This document shows positions 8,691 to 17,136 of a stretch of DNA of 64,000 nucleotides, piece by piece. The translations under genes and the position numbers were made by a program. How positions within the stretch are numbered: the first letter of the stretch is position 1; every line of letters begins with the position of its first letter. The notes under the pieces were generated by a model, which saw only the letters and a program-made list of their open reading frames with translations, made no database searches and was not told the origin of the DNA. The stretch comes from Candidatus Omnitrophota bacterium. Lineage in GTDB: Bacteria > Omnitrophota > Gorgyraeia > Zapsychrales > Fredricksoniimonadaceae. The DNA lies in NCBI GenBank assembly GCA_013286575.1, contig JABDFL010000001.1, forward strand, positions 9,905-73,904, given 5' to 3'.

Positions 8691-9644
8691 ATGGCAACAC
8701 TGGATTTTGAAAAACCGATCCTTGAGCTGGAACATAAAATCAATGACTTGCGCCAAATGGGCTCCAAGCGGGTGACCCTTGAGCCTGAGATCAAGCGCCT
8801 GGAGTCTAAGCTCGAGAAGCTTAAAAACGACGTCTATAACAACATGACCTCCTGGCAGCGTGTGCAGATCGCGCGCCACCCCAAACGCCCCTATACGCTT
8901 GATTATATCCGTATGATGACCGATGAATTCCTGGAATTGCACGGCGACAGGCTTTTTGCCGACGATATGGCCATGATCGGCGGCTTTGCCAAGATCGACG
9001 GGCAGAAGGTGATGGTCATAGGCCACCAGAAGGGCCGTGACGTTAAAGAAAATGTTTTACGTAATTTCGGCTGCGCGCATCCGGAAGGTTACCGCAAGGC
9101 CATGCGATTGATGCGCCTGGCTGCCAAGTTCCAGGTGCCGGTCGTTTGCCTGATCGATACGCCGGGCGCCTACCCGGGCATCGGCGCGGAAGAGCGCGGG
9201 CAGGCCCAGGCCATTGCTGAAAATTTGCGCGACATGGCCGGCGTCAGGACGCCTATCGCCGCGGTCATCATCGGTGAGGGTGGCAGCGGCGGGGCCTTGG
9301 GGATAGGGGTGGCAGACCACATTTTTATTTTGCAGCACGCCTATTATTCTGTCATCTCTCCTGAAGGCTGCGCCTCCATCCTTTGGCGCAGTTCTTTAAA
9401 AGCCCCGCAGGCCGCGGAAGCCCTGAAGCTTCACGGGGAAGATTTGATCAAATTCAATATTGTGGATGAAATCATCCCTGAGCCCTTGGGCGGCGCCCAC
9501 CGTGAGCCGCAGGAAGTGGCCCTTTTGTTAAAGACGGCGCTCATTAAGTATTTTAAGAAAGCATCCTCTTTAAGTCCTCAAGAACTTCTCAACGCCCGTT
9601 ACAAAAAATACCGTAATATCGGTGAATTCATCGAGAAAAAATGA
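8691..9644 (+). CDS. accA: Acetyl-CoA carboxylase carboxyltransferase alpha subunit.
   Basis: 317 aa: RHPKRPYTLDYI...IDTPGAYPGIGAEERGQA...IIGEGGSGGALGIGV. Confidence 0.9.
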   Translation: MATLDFEKPILELEHKINDLRQMGSKRVTLEPEIKRLESKLEKLKNDVYNNMTSWQRVQIARHPKRPYTLDYIRMMTDEFLELHGDRLFADDMAMIGGFAKIDGQKVMVIGHQKGRDVKENVLRNFGCAHPEGYRKAMRLMRLAAKFQVPVVCLIDTPGAYPGIGAEERGQAQAIAENLRDMAGVRTPIAAVIIGEGGSGGALGIGVADHIFILQHAYYSVISPEGCASILWRSSLKAPQAAEALKLHGEDLIKFNIVDEIIPEPLGGAHREPQEVALLLKTALIKYFKKASSLSPQELLNARYKKYRNIGEFIEKK

Positions 9645-10681
9645 TTTCCCTGATTGATATCCGTGATTTATCCTTGGAAGAATTAGCGGCATATTTAAAA
9701 TCCGTCGCTGCGGAGCCTTTTCGTGCTGAGCAGATTTTTCAGTGGATTTACCAAAAAGGGGCCTGGGGTTTTGACGCGATGACCAATGTCCCTAAAGCGC
9801 TAAGGGACCGTCTGGAAAATGATTTTATCCTCAAGCCCAATGAGATCGCCCAAAAGGTCGTCTCTGAGGACGGCACCACTAAATTTCTTTTTGATTTGCA
9901 TGATCGTGAAAAAATTGAAAGCGTGTTGATCCCGACACCGACAAGGACAACGGCCTGTATTTCCACCCAGGCCGGTTGCAAGTTTGGCTGTAAATTTTGC
10001 GCCAGCGGTATCGGCGGCTGGAAGAGAAATTTAAGCTGTGCCGAGATCATTGCCCAGGTTTTGCATATTAAGGAAGAGGCTTTGAAACATAAAAGGCCTT
10101 TGACGAATATCGTGTTTATGGGGACCGGCGAGCCGCTTGACAATTTTGTCAATTTGATGAAAGCGGTCCGGACCATTAATTCAGCTAAAGGCATCAATAT
10201 CGGCGCCAGGCATATCACGATTTCCACCGTCGGGGTTGTTCCGAAGATCAAAGAACTGGCCCAAGAGGGCTTACAGGTGGAGTTGGCTATTTCCCTGCAT
10301 GGGTATGATAATCCCTCCCGCAATGTGCTCATGCCGGTCAATAAGAAATACCCTTTTGATGAATTGATCGCGGCCTGCCGTGAATATGTCCGGTTAACAA
10401 AGCGCCAGATTACCTTCGAATACATCCTTATCAAAGATGTCACTTGCACGCCTCATGCCGTGGCGAGCTTGAAAAAAGCTTTTAAAGGGATCATTTGCAA
10501 AATGAATCTCATTCCCTATAATCCCGTCTCAGAATTTGGCCATCAAACACCTTCGCCTGACGAAATGCTTAAATTCAGGGACAGCCTTGAAGACAGCGGT
10601 GTTCATGCCACTATCCGAAGACCGCGCGGCAAAGATGTAAATGCCGCCTGCGGGCAGTTGAGGCATTTGGCAAAATTATAG
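9641..10681 (+). CDS. rlmN: 23S rRNA / tRNA adenine-C2 methyltransferase (radical SAM).
   Basis: 346 aa. CxxxCxxC radical-SAM motif (ISTQAGCKFGCKFCASG) and an RlmN-like N-terminus (LEELAAYLKSVAAEPFRAEQIFQWIY). Confidence 0.85.
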   Translation: MISLIDIRDLSLEELAAYLKSVAAEPFRAEQIFQWIYQKGAWGFDAMTNVPKALRDRLENDFILKPNEIAQKVVSEDGTTKFLFDLHDREKIESVLIPTPTRTTACISTQAGCKFGCKFCASGIGGWKRNLSCAEIIAQVLHIKEEALKHKRPLTNIVFMGTGEPLDNFVNLMKAVRTINSAKGINIGARHITISTVGVVPKIKELAQEGLQVELAISLHGYDNPSRNVLMPVNKKYPFDELIAACREYVRLTKRQITFEYILIKDVTCTPHAVASLKKAFKGIICKMNLIPYNPVSEFGHQTPSPDEMLKFRDSLEDSGVHATIRRPRGKDVNAACGQLRHLAKL

Positions 10682-10686
10682 GTGCG

Positions 10687-11226
10687 TTATTGTGAAGAGG
10701 AATTTTGCTGCTGTTCGGCTGCTATTTTTTGTAGAAACGCCTGCATGCGGGGGTTGCTCATTAAGGCCTGGACTTGGGGATTACTTTGTACGGCCTGGTA
10801 ATTGTGTGAAGTGACAGCCTGTACCAAGGCAGGATCTTGGAGTGCCTGCATAATTTCCGGGTCTTGGGCCATTTCCTGCAGCTCAGCCATGGCTTGAGGA
10901 TTAGACATCAGTTTTTGTTGACTGGCCGCGATTTGCGCATCCATATTGTTGGATGGAGCGCCTGAGGCCTGTGCAGGCATAGCAGCAACAGGGGCGGCAG
11001 TACCATCAGCGGCACCGTTGGTGATGCTGGCTACATCGCTGGCAGCCACATGCACATCGCCAATGATAGGTGTTTTAACGGTGTAAACGCCGTTATTGAT
11101 ACCAGCGAGTTGGCCTTTGATTTGCGAGCCGTCCTTGAGGGTGATCACCTGTTCGGCATCATCGGCAAAAGCAGTAATGTTTGCGGACAGAAATAAAAGG
11201 GTAAGGGTAAAAATAAATTTGTACAT
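10687..11226 (-). CDS. Secreted protein with a Q/M/A-rich C-terminal region of STI1-like repeats.
   Basis: Has a signal peptide (MYKFIFTLTLLFLSANITAFA). Repeated P.(A/V)MQALQDP motifs. Its N-terminal module (ITLKDGSQIKGQL...) is shared with the 26820..27479 protein. Confidence 0.5.
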   Translation of the reverse strand: MYKFIFTLTLLFLSANITAFADDAEQVITLKDGSQIKGQLAGINNGVYTVKTPIIGDVHVAASDVASITNGAADGTAAPVAAMPAQASGAPSNNMDAQIAASQQKLMSNPQAMAELQEMAQDPEIMQALQDPALVQAVTSHNYQAVQSNPQVQALMSNPRMQAFLQKIAAEQQQNSSSQ

Positions 11227-11416
11227 AAGGCAAGTCTAACATCTAATCGTGCTCTTGGCAAGTTTGACAAAAAGGTTTGTCGATGTTATATTGGCTACTT
11301 CTTATTAGACGAAGCACGGGGGTTGGCCGTTTCTCTAAATAAAGACATTGAGGAAACGGCACATTCACCCCAAATTCTTTCTGGACATATTTGCATAGTA
11401 ATTTTTGGGTAAATTT

Positions 11417-11490
11417 GGGGTTGTAGCTCAGTTTGGGAGAGCGCCTGCATGGCATGCAGGAGGTCAGGGGTTCAATCCCCCTCAACTCCA
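11417..11490 (+). tRNA. tRNA-Ala (anticodon GGC).
   Basis: Cloverleaf by eye: acceptor GGGGTTG/CAACTCC with the G3:U70 Ala identity pair, anticodon loop ATGGCAT, T-loop TTCAATC. CCA is not encoded. Confidence 0.85.
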
Positions 11491-11499
11491 CTTATTTTT

Positions 11500-11586
11500 G
11501 CCAAGGTGGCGGAACTGGTATACGCGCTGGTCTCAAAAACCAGTGGTCTCACGGCCGTGAGGGTTCAACTCCCTCCCTTGGCACCA
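11500..11586 (+). tRNA. tRNA-Leu (anticodon CAA), class II with a long variable arm.
   Basis: Acceptor GCCAAGG/CCTTGGC, anticodon loop CTCAAAA, long variable arm, T-loop TTCAACT, 3' CCA encoded. Confidence 0.85.
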
Positions 11587-11597
11587 TAAAATAAAAA

Positions 11598-11625
11598 GGG
11601 GACACTTTTGAGTGTCCCCTTTTTA
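11598..11625 (+). terminator. Rho-independent terminator after the tRNA pair.
   Basis: GGGGACAC-ttttga-GTGTCCCC followed by TTTTTAT. Confidence 0.6.
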
Positions 11626-11635
11626 TGCCTTTCAC

Positions 11636-11669
11636 ATTGTAAACTAGGATTACCATCATAGTTGACAAT
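11636..11669. promoter_or_regulatory. Candidate BirA operator (bioO-like inverted repeat): ATTGTAAACTA, 12 bp, TAGTTGACAAT.
   Basis: 11-bp half-sites with one mismatch that resemble E. coli bioO half-sites (TTGTAAACC). The right half overlaps the -35 of the iscS-birA-bio promoter. BirA here carries an N-terminal HTH. Confidence 0.45.
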
Positions 11670-11690
11670 CCTCCCGGCGTTGGCTATCAT
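11662..11690 (+). promoter_or_regulatory. Sigma70-like promoter: TTGACA, 17 bp, TATCAT, directly upstream of iscS.
   Basis: The -10 ends 9 nt before the iscS ATG at 11700, implying a leaderless or near-leaderless transcript. Confidence 0.5.
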
Positions 11691-11699
11691 AATCCTCTT

Positions 11700-12845
11700 A
11701 TGCGCTCCATTTATCTAGATCATGCGGCAACTACAGCTTGTGACCCTCGTGTGCTTGAGGCCATGCGGCCTTTCTTTTTCGAGCAAAGCGGAAATGCTTC
11801 AAGCCCACACAGGCAAGGCCGCCAGGCCCGCCGCGCCGTTGAGGAGGCCCGTGAAATATTAGCCGCTTTTATAGGTACCGCACCGGTGGAAATTATTTTT
11901 ACCAGCGGTGCCAGTGAGTCCAATAATCACGCTATTTTTTCGACAGCCAGGGCTTTAAAGACCAAGGGCAAGCATATTATTGCCTCTGCGATCGAGCATC
12001 ATTCAGTATTGGAACCCCTGCATCAACTGGAGCAGGATGGTTTTCAGGTAAGCTATGTTAAGCCCAAGGCGGACGGTATCGTTGCCTTTGAAGATATAAA
12101 GTCTCTGCGGCGGCCAGACACCATCCTTGTCTGCCTTCAGCATGCCAACAATGAAATCGGAACTTTGCAGCCCGTTGAAGAAGCGGGACGCCTATGCCGC
12201 GAGCAAGGCATTTACTTTTTAGTGGATGCTACCCAGACCATCGGGCATATACCTGTGAATGTTAAAGATATCCCCTGTGATTTCCTTTCCCTCTCCGCAC
12301 ATAAATTTTATGGACCCCAGGGAGTAGGTGCTTTATATGTCCGTCAAGGCATTAAATGTCCTGCCTTTATATTAGGCGGCGACCAGGAACGCGGACGCAG
12401 GGCAGGCACACATAATACCACGGGGATCGTCGGTTTGGGAGAGGCCATCAAACTTTGCCGCGCCCAAATGCCGGAAGAAACACAGCAAGAAGTTAAGTTC
12501 CGGGATGAGATCATCGATTTTGTTTTAAAAGAAATTCCCGGCGGCGTTCTTAATGGCCATCCTCAAAAGCGCCTGCCTAACAATGCCCATTTTTCTTTTC
12601 CCGGTATTAATGGTGAGGAACTCGTGAGTGCTTTGGATTTAGCGGGTGTGGCAGTGTCCATGGGTTCCGCCTGCACATGGGGGAAGCTGGAGCCCTCCCA
12701 TGTACTTAAAGCTATGGGGCTGGCAGATCAAATGGCCTTAGGTTCTTTGCGCGTCACCGTCGGCCGTTGGACTGCAAGTCAGGACGTTACATATTTTCTG
12801 GAGCAGTTGAAAATAAAATGCAAGAACGCATCATCCAATTCTTAA
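11700..12845 (+). CDS. iscS: Cysteine desulfurase (class V aminotransferase, IscS/NifS family).
   Basis: 381 aa: IYLDHAATTACDPRVLEAM, SAHKFYGPQGVGALYV (PLP lysine), GSAC active-site Cys. First gene of an operon with birA and bio genes. Confidence 0.8.
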   Translation: MRSIYLDHAATTACDPRVLEAMRPFFFEQSGNASSPHRQGRQARRAVEEAREILAAFIGTAPVEIIFTSGASESNNHAIFSTARALKTKGKHIIASAIEHHSVLEPLHQLEQDGFQVSYVKPKADGIVAFEDIKSLRRPDTILVCLQHANNEIGTLQPVEEAGRLCREQGIYFLVDATQTIGHIPVNVKDIPCDFLSLSAHKFYGPQGVGALYVRQGIKCPAFILGGDQERGRRAGTHNTTGIVGLGEAIKLCRAQMPEETQQEVKFRDEIIDFVLKEIPGGVLNGHPQKRLPNNAHFSFPGINGEELVSALDLAGVAVSMGSACTWGKLEPSHVLKAMGLADQMALGSLRVTVGRWTASQDVTYFLEQLKIKCKNASSNS

Positions 12846-13774
12846 AAGAAAGCGACGGATATATTTCCGGTGAGGAGATCAGTCACCGGCTGAAGATGTC
12901 GCGGGCGGCCATCTGGAAGCACATGCAGGAATTACGCGCCCAGGGCTATGAGATTGCCGCTGTCCCGCATTTAGGTTACCAATTGGTGGCCTCTCCCGAC
13001 AAACTTTTGGGTTTTGAAATTCAATCCGATCTCAACACTAAGATCATAGGCAAAAAGATAATCGTCCTGGAGACAGTCACATCCACCATGGATGAAGCTT
13101 TTCGTTTGGGGATGGAAAACTGCCCCGAGGGCACGGTGGTCTGCGCGGAGGCCCAGTCCAAAGGCCGCGGCCGTCTTGGGAGGGTGTGGAGTTCGCCTAA
13201 ATCCAGAGGATTATATTTTTCTTTTGTGTTACGCCCAAGCCTGCCGCTCAATCAGTTGGCACAATTGACATTAATGTCGGCAGTGGCTTTGGCGGAAGCT
13301 ATTGAAAATATCAGTGATCTTAAGCCTCTGATTAAATGGCCTAACGATATTCTTTTGGGAAATCACAAGCTGGCAGGTATTTTGACGGAATTACGCGCGG
13401 AATCCGACCAGGTTAAATTCGTCGTTGTTGGCATCGGCCTTAATGTTAATGCATCGGCGCATCAATTGCCTTCGGGGTCAAGTTCTTTAAAAATTGGCGC
13501 AGGGCATAGCTTTGATCGCGCGAAAGTTTTTCAGGCTATTTTGCGTTCCCTCGAGAAATGGTACGTAAAGCTTTTACACGATGAGTTTGATTTAGTCATG
13601 GACGAATGGAAAAGGCGCAGCGCAACACTTAAAAAACGGGTGAGGATAACAGACCCTGCCGGTATCATCGAGGGAGAAGCTATTGACCTGGATGAAGATG
13701 GCGCCCTGCTGATCCGTAAAGACAATGGCATCGTCATCAAGAAAACCGCGGGAGATGTTTTTTTATTGCGATGA
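12818..13774 (+). CDS. birA: Bifunctional biotin--[acetyl-CoA-carboxylase] ligase and bio operon repressor (class II BirA with N-terminal HTH).
   Basis: ATG at 12818 (MQERIIQFLKESDGYISGEEISHRLKMSRAAIWKHMQELRAQGYEI is the HTH). Ligase core GRGRLGRVW...KWPNDILLGNHKLAGIL. Overlaps the iscS end. Confidence 0.85.
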   Translation: MQERIIQFLKESDGYISGEEISHRLKMSRAAIWKHMQELRAQGYEIAAVPHLGYQLVASPDKLLGFEIQSDLNTKIIGKKIIVLETVTSTMDEAFRLGMENCPEGTVVCAEAQSKGRGRLGRVWSSPKSRGLYFSFVLRPSLPLNQLAQLTLMSAVALAEAIENISDLKPLIKWPNDILLGNHKLAGILTELRAESDQVKFVVVGIGLNVNASAHQLPSGSSSLKIGAGHSFDRAKVFQAILRSLEKWYVKLLHDEFDLVMDEWKRRSATLKKRVRITDPAGIIEGEAIDLDEDGALLIRKDNGIVIKKTAGDVFLLR

Positions 13775-14922
13775 ACACCGATATTTTACAAAAAGATTTG
13801 CAGGATTTGGAAAATTCGGGAATATACCGTTCCCTCAAGGCCCTTGATTCACCTCAAGGCAGGGAAATCATCCTGGAAGGCAAACGCGTATTAAATTTTT
13901 GTTCCAATGATTATCTGGGGCTGGCCAATGATGCCCGTATCAAGAAAGCAGCGATCGAAGGGATAAAAGAATATGGATTGGGTTCCGGGGCATCAAGATT
14001 GGTTTGCGGCAATATGGGGCCGCACGAAAAACTGGAAGCAGATTTGGCGTTGTTTAAACATACCGAAAGCGCTCTAGTTTATTCCAGCGGGTATATGGCC
14101 AATACAGGCATTATCCCGGCGCTGATGGACCGTCACGGCGTTGTGCTCAGTGATAAATTAAATCATGCTTCTATTATTGACGGGATTGTTTTAAGCCGTG
14201 CCAGGCTTCTGCGCTACCCTCACGCGGACATGCAGGCTTTGCAGGACATTTTAAAAGACATCCCTGCCGCGCAACCTAAACTGATTGTGACGGACACTGT
14301 TTTTAGTATGGATGGAGACAGGGCACCGCTTAAAGAGATTATAGATTTGGCCCGTTGCTATGATGCCATCGTCATGGTGGATGAGGCGCATGCCTTTGGC
14401 GTGCTGGGCGCTCACGGCAGCGGATTGGTCGAAGAGCTCTCCCTTGAGGGGCAGGTGGCGATCCAAATGGGGACCCTGTCCAAGGCCGCAGGATCTTTTG
14501 GGGCCTATGCCTGCGGGACGAAGGTTTTGCGCGAGTATTTGATCAATAAAAGCCGCAGTTTTATTTACACGACGGCAATGCCGCCGGCATTGGCCCAAGC
14601 TTCAAGGGCTGCTTTAAAGATCATTATTGAGGGCGGCCCGTTGCGCCGTAAGTTACAGGAGAACGCGGATTATCTGCGCGCGGGCCTTAAAGGCATGGGA
14701 TTTGATACGATGAATTCAAGCACGGCCATCATTCCTATTTTAGTCAAAGGTTCCCTGCAGGCGAAAGCCATGTCCCGGCGATTATTGGAGCGCGGTATTT
14801 TTGTACAAGCCATACGACCTCCGACGGTGCCGATAGGCACGGCAAGGCTCAGGCTTACAGTGACAGCCACGCACGCTCAGGAAGATTTGGACAATTTATT
14901 AAATGCTTTAAGGACACTGTAA
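13771..14922 (+). CDS. bioF: 8-amino-7-oxononanoate synthase.
   Basis: 383 aa PLP-dependent acyltransferase: SNDYLGLA, GSGASRLVCGN, TLSKAAGSFGA (PLP Lys). Confidence 0.85.
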   Translation: MNTDILQKDLQDLENSGIYRSLKALDSPQGREIILEGKRVLNFCSNDYLGLANDARIKKAAIEGIKEYGLGSGASRLVCGNMGPHEKLEADLALFKHTESALVYSSGYMANTGIIPALMDRHGVVLSDKLNHASIIDGIVLSRARLLRYPHADMQALQDILKDIPAAQPKLIVTDTVFSMDGDRAPLKEIIDLARCYDAIVMVDEAHAFGVLGAHGSGLVEELSLEGQVAIQMGTLSKAAGSFGAYACGTKVLREYLINKSRSFIYTTAMPPALAQASRAALKIIIEGGPLRRKLQENADYLRAGLKGMGFDTMNSSTAIIPILVKGSLQAKAMSRRLLERGIFVQAIRPPTVPIGTARLRLTVTATHAQEDLDNLLNALRTL

Positions 14923-14924
14923 AC

Positions 14925-15725
14925 ATGCCTTTTTTTAAAACACACCGAGGCCTTAGTTGGCATTATGAAGCTTCCGGCACAGGCGATGCCGTTGTTATGA
15001 TCCATGGACTGGGAGCTTCAGGCCATATTTGGCAGGCGCAAAAAGATTTTTTACAGACGGATTTTCAGGTGATTACTGTAGATTTGCCGGGCCATGGCAA
15101 AAGTGCCTGGATGCCCGTGACCCTGATCGATATGGCCATGGATATCCGTCAAATTCTAAGCAGCCTCGGGATTGCGCAGTTTTCTTTGGTTGCTTCATCC
15201 ATGGGCGGTCTGGTCGCGCTGGAGCTTTACCGCATGATCCCTCAAGACGTCATGCGCATGTCAATGGTCGGATCTATCCCCAAATTTGCAAAAGGCCCCC
15301 ATTATCCTGCGGGATTGGACATTGCAAAAATCCGTATACTCAGCGGGCAGTTAAACGGGGATTATGGCTTGATCATGGATATTTTTTTCCGTTCTTTATT
15401 TACGATGAAAGAGCGTGCAAGCGAGCGGTTCAAATGGGTCAAAGAATTTCGCCAAAACGAACCATTGCCGAGCAGGGAAGCGTTGAAACATTTTTTGGAT
15501 ATTTTAGAAAAGGCAGATCTGCGCGACCGCATCGCCTCGGTGATTTGTCCCTTACAATTCATCACCGGGACAGAGGATTATATTTGCCCGCGCGCGATCA
15601 TGGATTGGGTGGCAAGCCACACCTATAACGCCAGGTTTGATTTTATCGAGGGATGCGGGCATTTGCCGTTTTTAGTTGAAGTCAAAGAATACAACCGTCT
15701 GTTGGAAGATTTTTTGCTTAATTGA
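14925..15725 (+). CDS. Alpha/beta-hydrolase, a probable pimeloyl-ACP methyl ester esterase (BioH-like).
   Basis: 266 aa: MIHGLGASGHIWQ, nucleophile elbow ASSMGG, C-terminal GCGHLPF. Positioned between bioF and bioC. Confidence 0.6.
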   Translation: MPFFKTHRGLSWHYEASGTGDAVVMIHGLGASGHIWQAQKDFLQTDFQVITVDLPGHGKSAWMPVTLIDMAMDIRQILSSLGIAQFSLVASSMGGLVALELYRMIPQDVMRMSMVGSIPKFAKGPHYPAGLDIAKIRILSGQLNGDYGLIMDIFFRSLFTMKERASERFKWVKEFRQNEPLPSREALKHFLDILEKADLRDRIASVICPLQFITGTEDYICPRAIMDWVASHTYNARFDFIEGCGHLPFLVEVKEYNRLLEDFLLN

Positions 15726-15728
15726 CCT

Positions 15729-16493
15729 ATGAATGCCACCAAAATACAACAAGGATTTAGCAAGTCAGCCAATACCTATGACCGCTTTACCGGTTTGCAC
15801 CGGGAAATAGCGGATAAGTTATTTGCTCAAGTGATCAATGAAAACACGCCTTCTGCGCTATTGGATGTAGGCTGCGGTACAGGGTATTTGACGGTCAGGT
15901 TTAAAGAGCATTGGCCCCAAGGTAGGATCGTCGGCCTTGATTTTTCTCCGGGGATGCTTGAGGTGGCGCGTTGCAAGCATGGCGGTATTGACTGGGTCTT
16001 AGGGGACAGTAATAATCTGCCTTTTTCCGATGGGTGTTTCGATGCTTTGATTTCCAATTTAGCTTATCAATGGGCAGGGGATTTATCATGCGCCTTTACT
16101 GAAGCAAGGCGTGTGCTGGCCCCCGACGGGATTTTGGCTTGCACCCTTTTTGGTTACCATACCTGCCGGGAGCTATTTCAATCACTGGATGAAGCTAAGA
16201 CAAAAGCATTACAGTTCACCCGCCTGCCTGATGAGGCCCAAGTCCGCCAGGCGCTGGCGGCAAGCGGATTCGAGGGTCCTATAGTTGATGTTGAGAAGAA
16301 TAAAATTGGGTTTAACAGCATGCGTGAATTGCTTACATGGCTTAAAAGTATTGGCGCTAATAACCTTTCTCAGGAAGGTTTCCTGGGGCCTGAGGCCATG
16401 TCCCGTGCCGCTTCCATTTATCACAGGAAATTTCCTTATCTCCAGGGCGTTGGGGCCACATTTGAGGTGATCCGGGTTTATGTCAGAAAGTAA
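15729..16493 (+). CDS. bioC: Malonyl-ACP O-methyltransferase (SAM-dependent).
   Basis: 254 aa with SAM-binding motif LLDVGCGTGYLT. Located in the bio operon. Confidence 0.7.
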   Translation: MNATKIQQGFSKSANTYDRFTGLHREIADKLFAQVINENTPSALLDVGCGTGYLTVRFKEHWPQGRIVGLDFSPGMLEVARCKHGGIDWVLGDSNNLPFSDGCFDALISNLAYQWAGDLSCAFTEARRVLAPDGILACTLFGYHTCRELFQSLDEAKTKALQFTRLPDEAQVRQALAASGFEGPIVDVEKNKIGFNSMRELLTWLKSIGANNLSQEGFLGPEAMSRAASIYHRKFPYLQGVGATFEVIRVYVRK

Positions 16494-17136
16494 AGCCATC
16501 TTTATTACAGGGACGGACACGGCCGTGGGCAAGACAGTCGCGGTTTTTTGTTTAGGCGTCCTGCTTAAAGCCCAAGGGTTTAATCTCGGCGTGATGAAGC
16601 CTGTTCAATGCGCCGGGGAAGATGCGCAATTTTTAAAGAAAGCCTTGGCGCTTCAGGATGAATTAAAAGAGATCAATCCATTTTATGCGCCGGAGCCGTT
16701 ATCGCCTCATCTGGCTTTTCGCCGGGCGAAAATCAAATTTAATAAGAAGCGGGTGCAGGACGGATTGAAAAAGTTGCGGGCGCGTTATGATATTGTTTTA
16801 GTGGAAGGCGCCGGTGGCCTTATGGTGCCGTTAACGGACGGTTATTATAACGCGGACTTGATCGCTGATCTAAAGGCGGAAGTGATCATCATCGCCCGTC
16901 CGGGTTTAGGGACCATCAATCATACCTTATTGACGATCAATGAGGCCCAACGGCGGGGATTGACGGTCAAGGGGATTATCTTTTGCCAGGCTAAACCTGG
17001 GCGCAAAAGCCTGCCGGAACGTACCAACCCCCAGGAAATTAAAAAGTTATCAGGTGTTAAAGTGTTGGGAGTCATCCCTTATTTAAAACCATTAAACCAA
17101 AAGAATATTTTACGCCAATGCAGGCTCGACGTTTAA
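16480..17136 (+). CDS. bioD: Dethiobiotin synthetase.
   Basis: 218 aa: IFITGTDTAVGKT P-loop, VLVEGAGGLMVPL. Confidence 0.85.
   Translation: MSESKAIFITGTDTAVGKTVAVFCLGVLLKAQGFNLGVMKPVQCAGEDAQFLKKALALQDELKEINPFYAPEPLSPHLAFRRAKIKFNKKRVQDGLKKLRARYDIVLVEGAGGLMVPLTDGYYNADLIADLKAEVIIIARPGLGTINHTLLTINEAQRRGLTVKGIIFCQAKPGRKSLPERTNPQEIKKLSGVKVLGVIPYLKPLNQKNILRQCRLDV

Noticed and set aside
11243-11491. 82-aa minus-strand ORF spanning the tRNA region.
   Set aside because: It overlaps tRNA-Ala and the tRNA promoter region completely, has no RBS and contains tRNA-derived sequence. It is an ORF-caller artefact.
15029-15628. 199-aa plus-strand ORF in an alternative frame inside the bioH-like gene. The same applies to 6451..6960, 3990..4337, 52494..53012, 57179..57724 and the many other 60-170-aa antisense or shadow ORFs in the track.
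   Set aside because: All lie entirely within longer ORFs that have clear homology-type signatures. Their products are low-complexity Arg/Pro/Ser-rich or otherwise shadow-frame-like. There is no independent start or RBS evidence.
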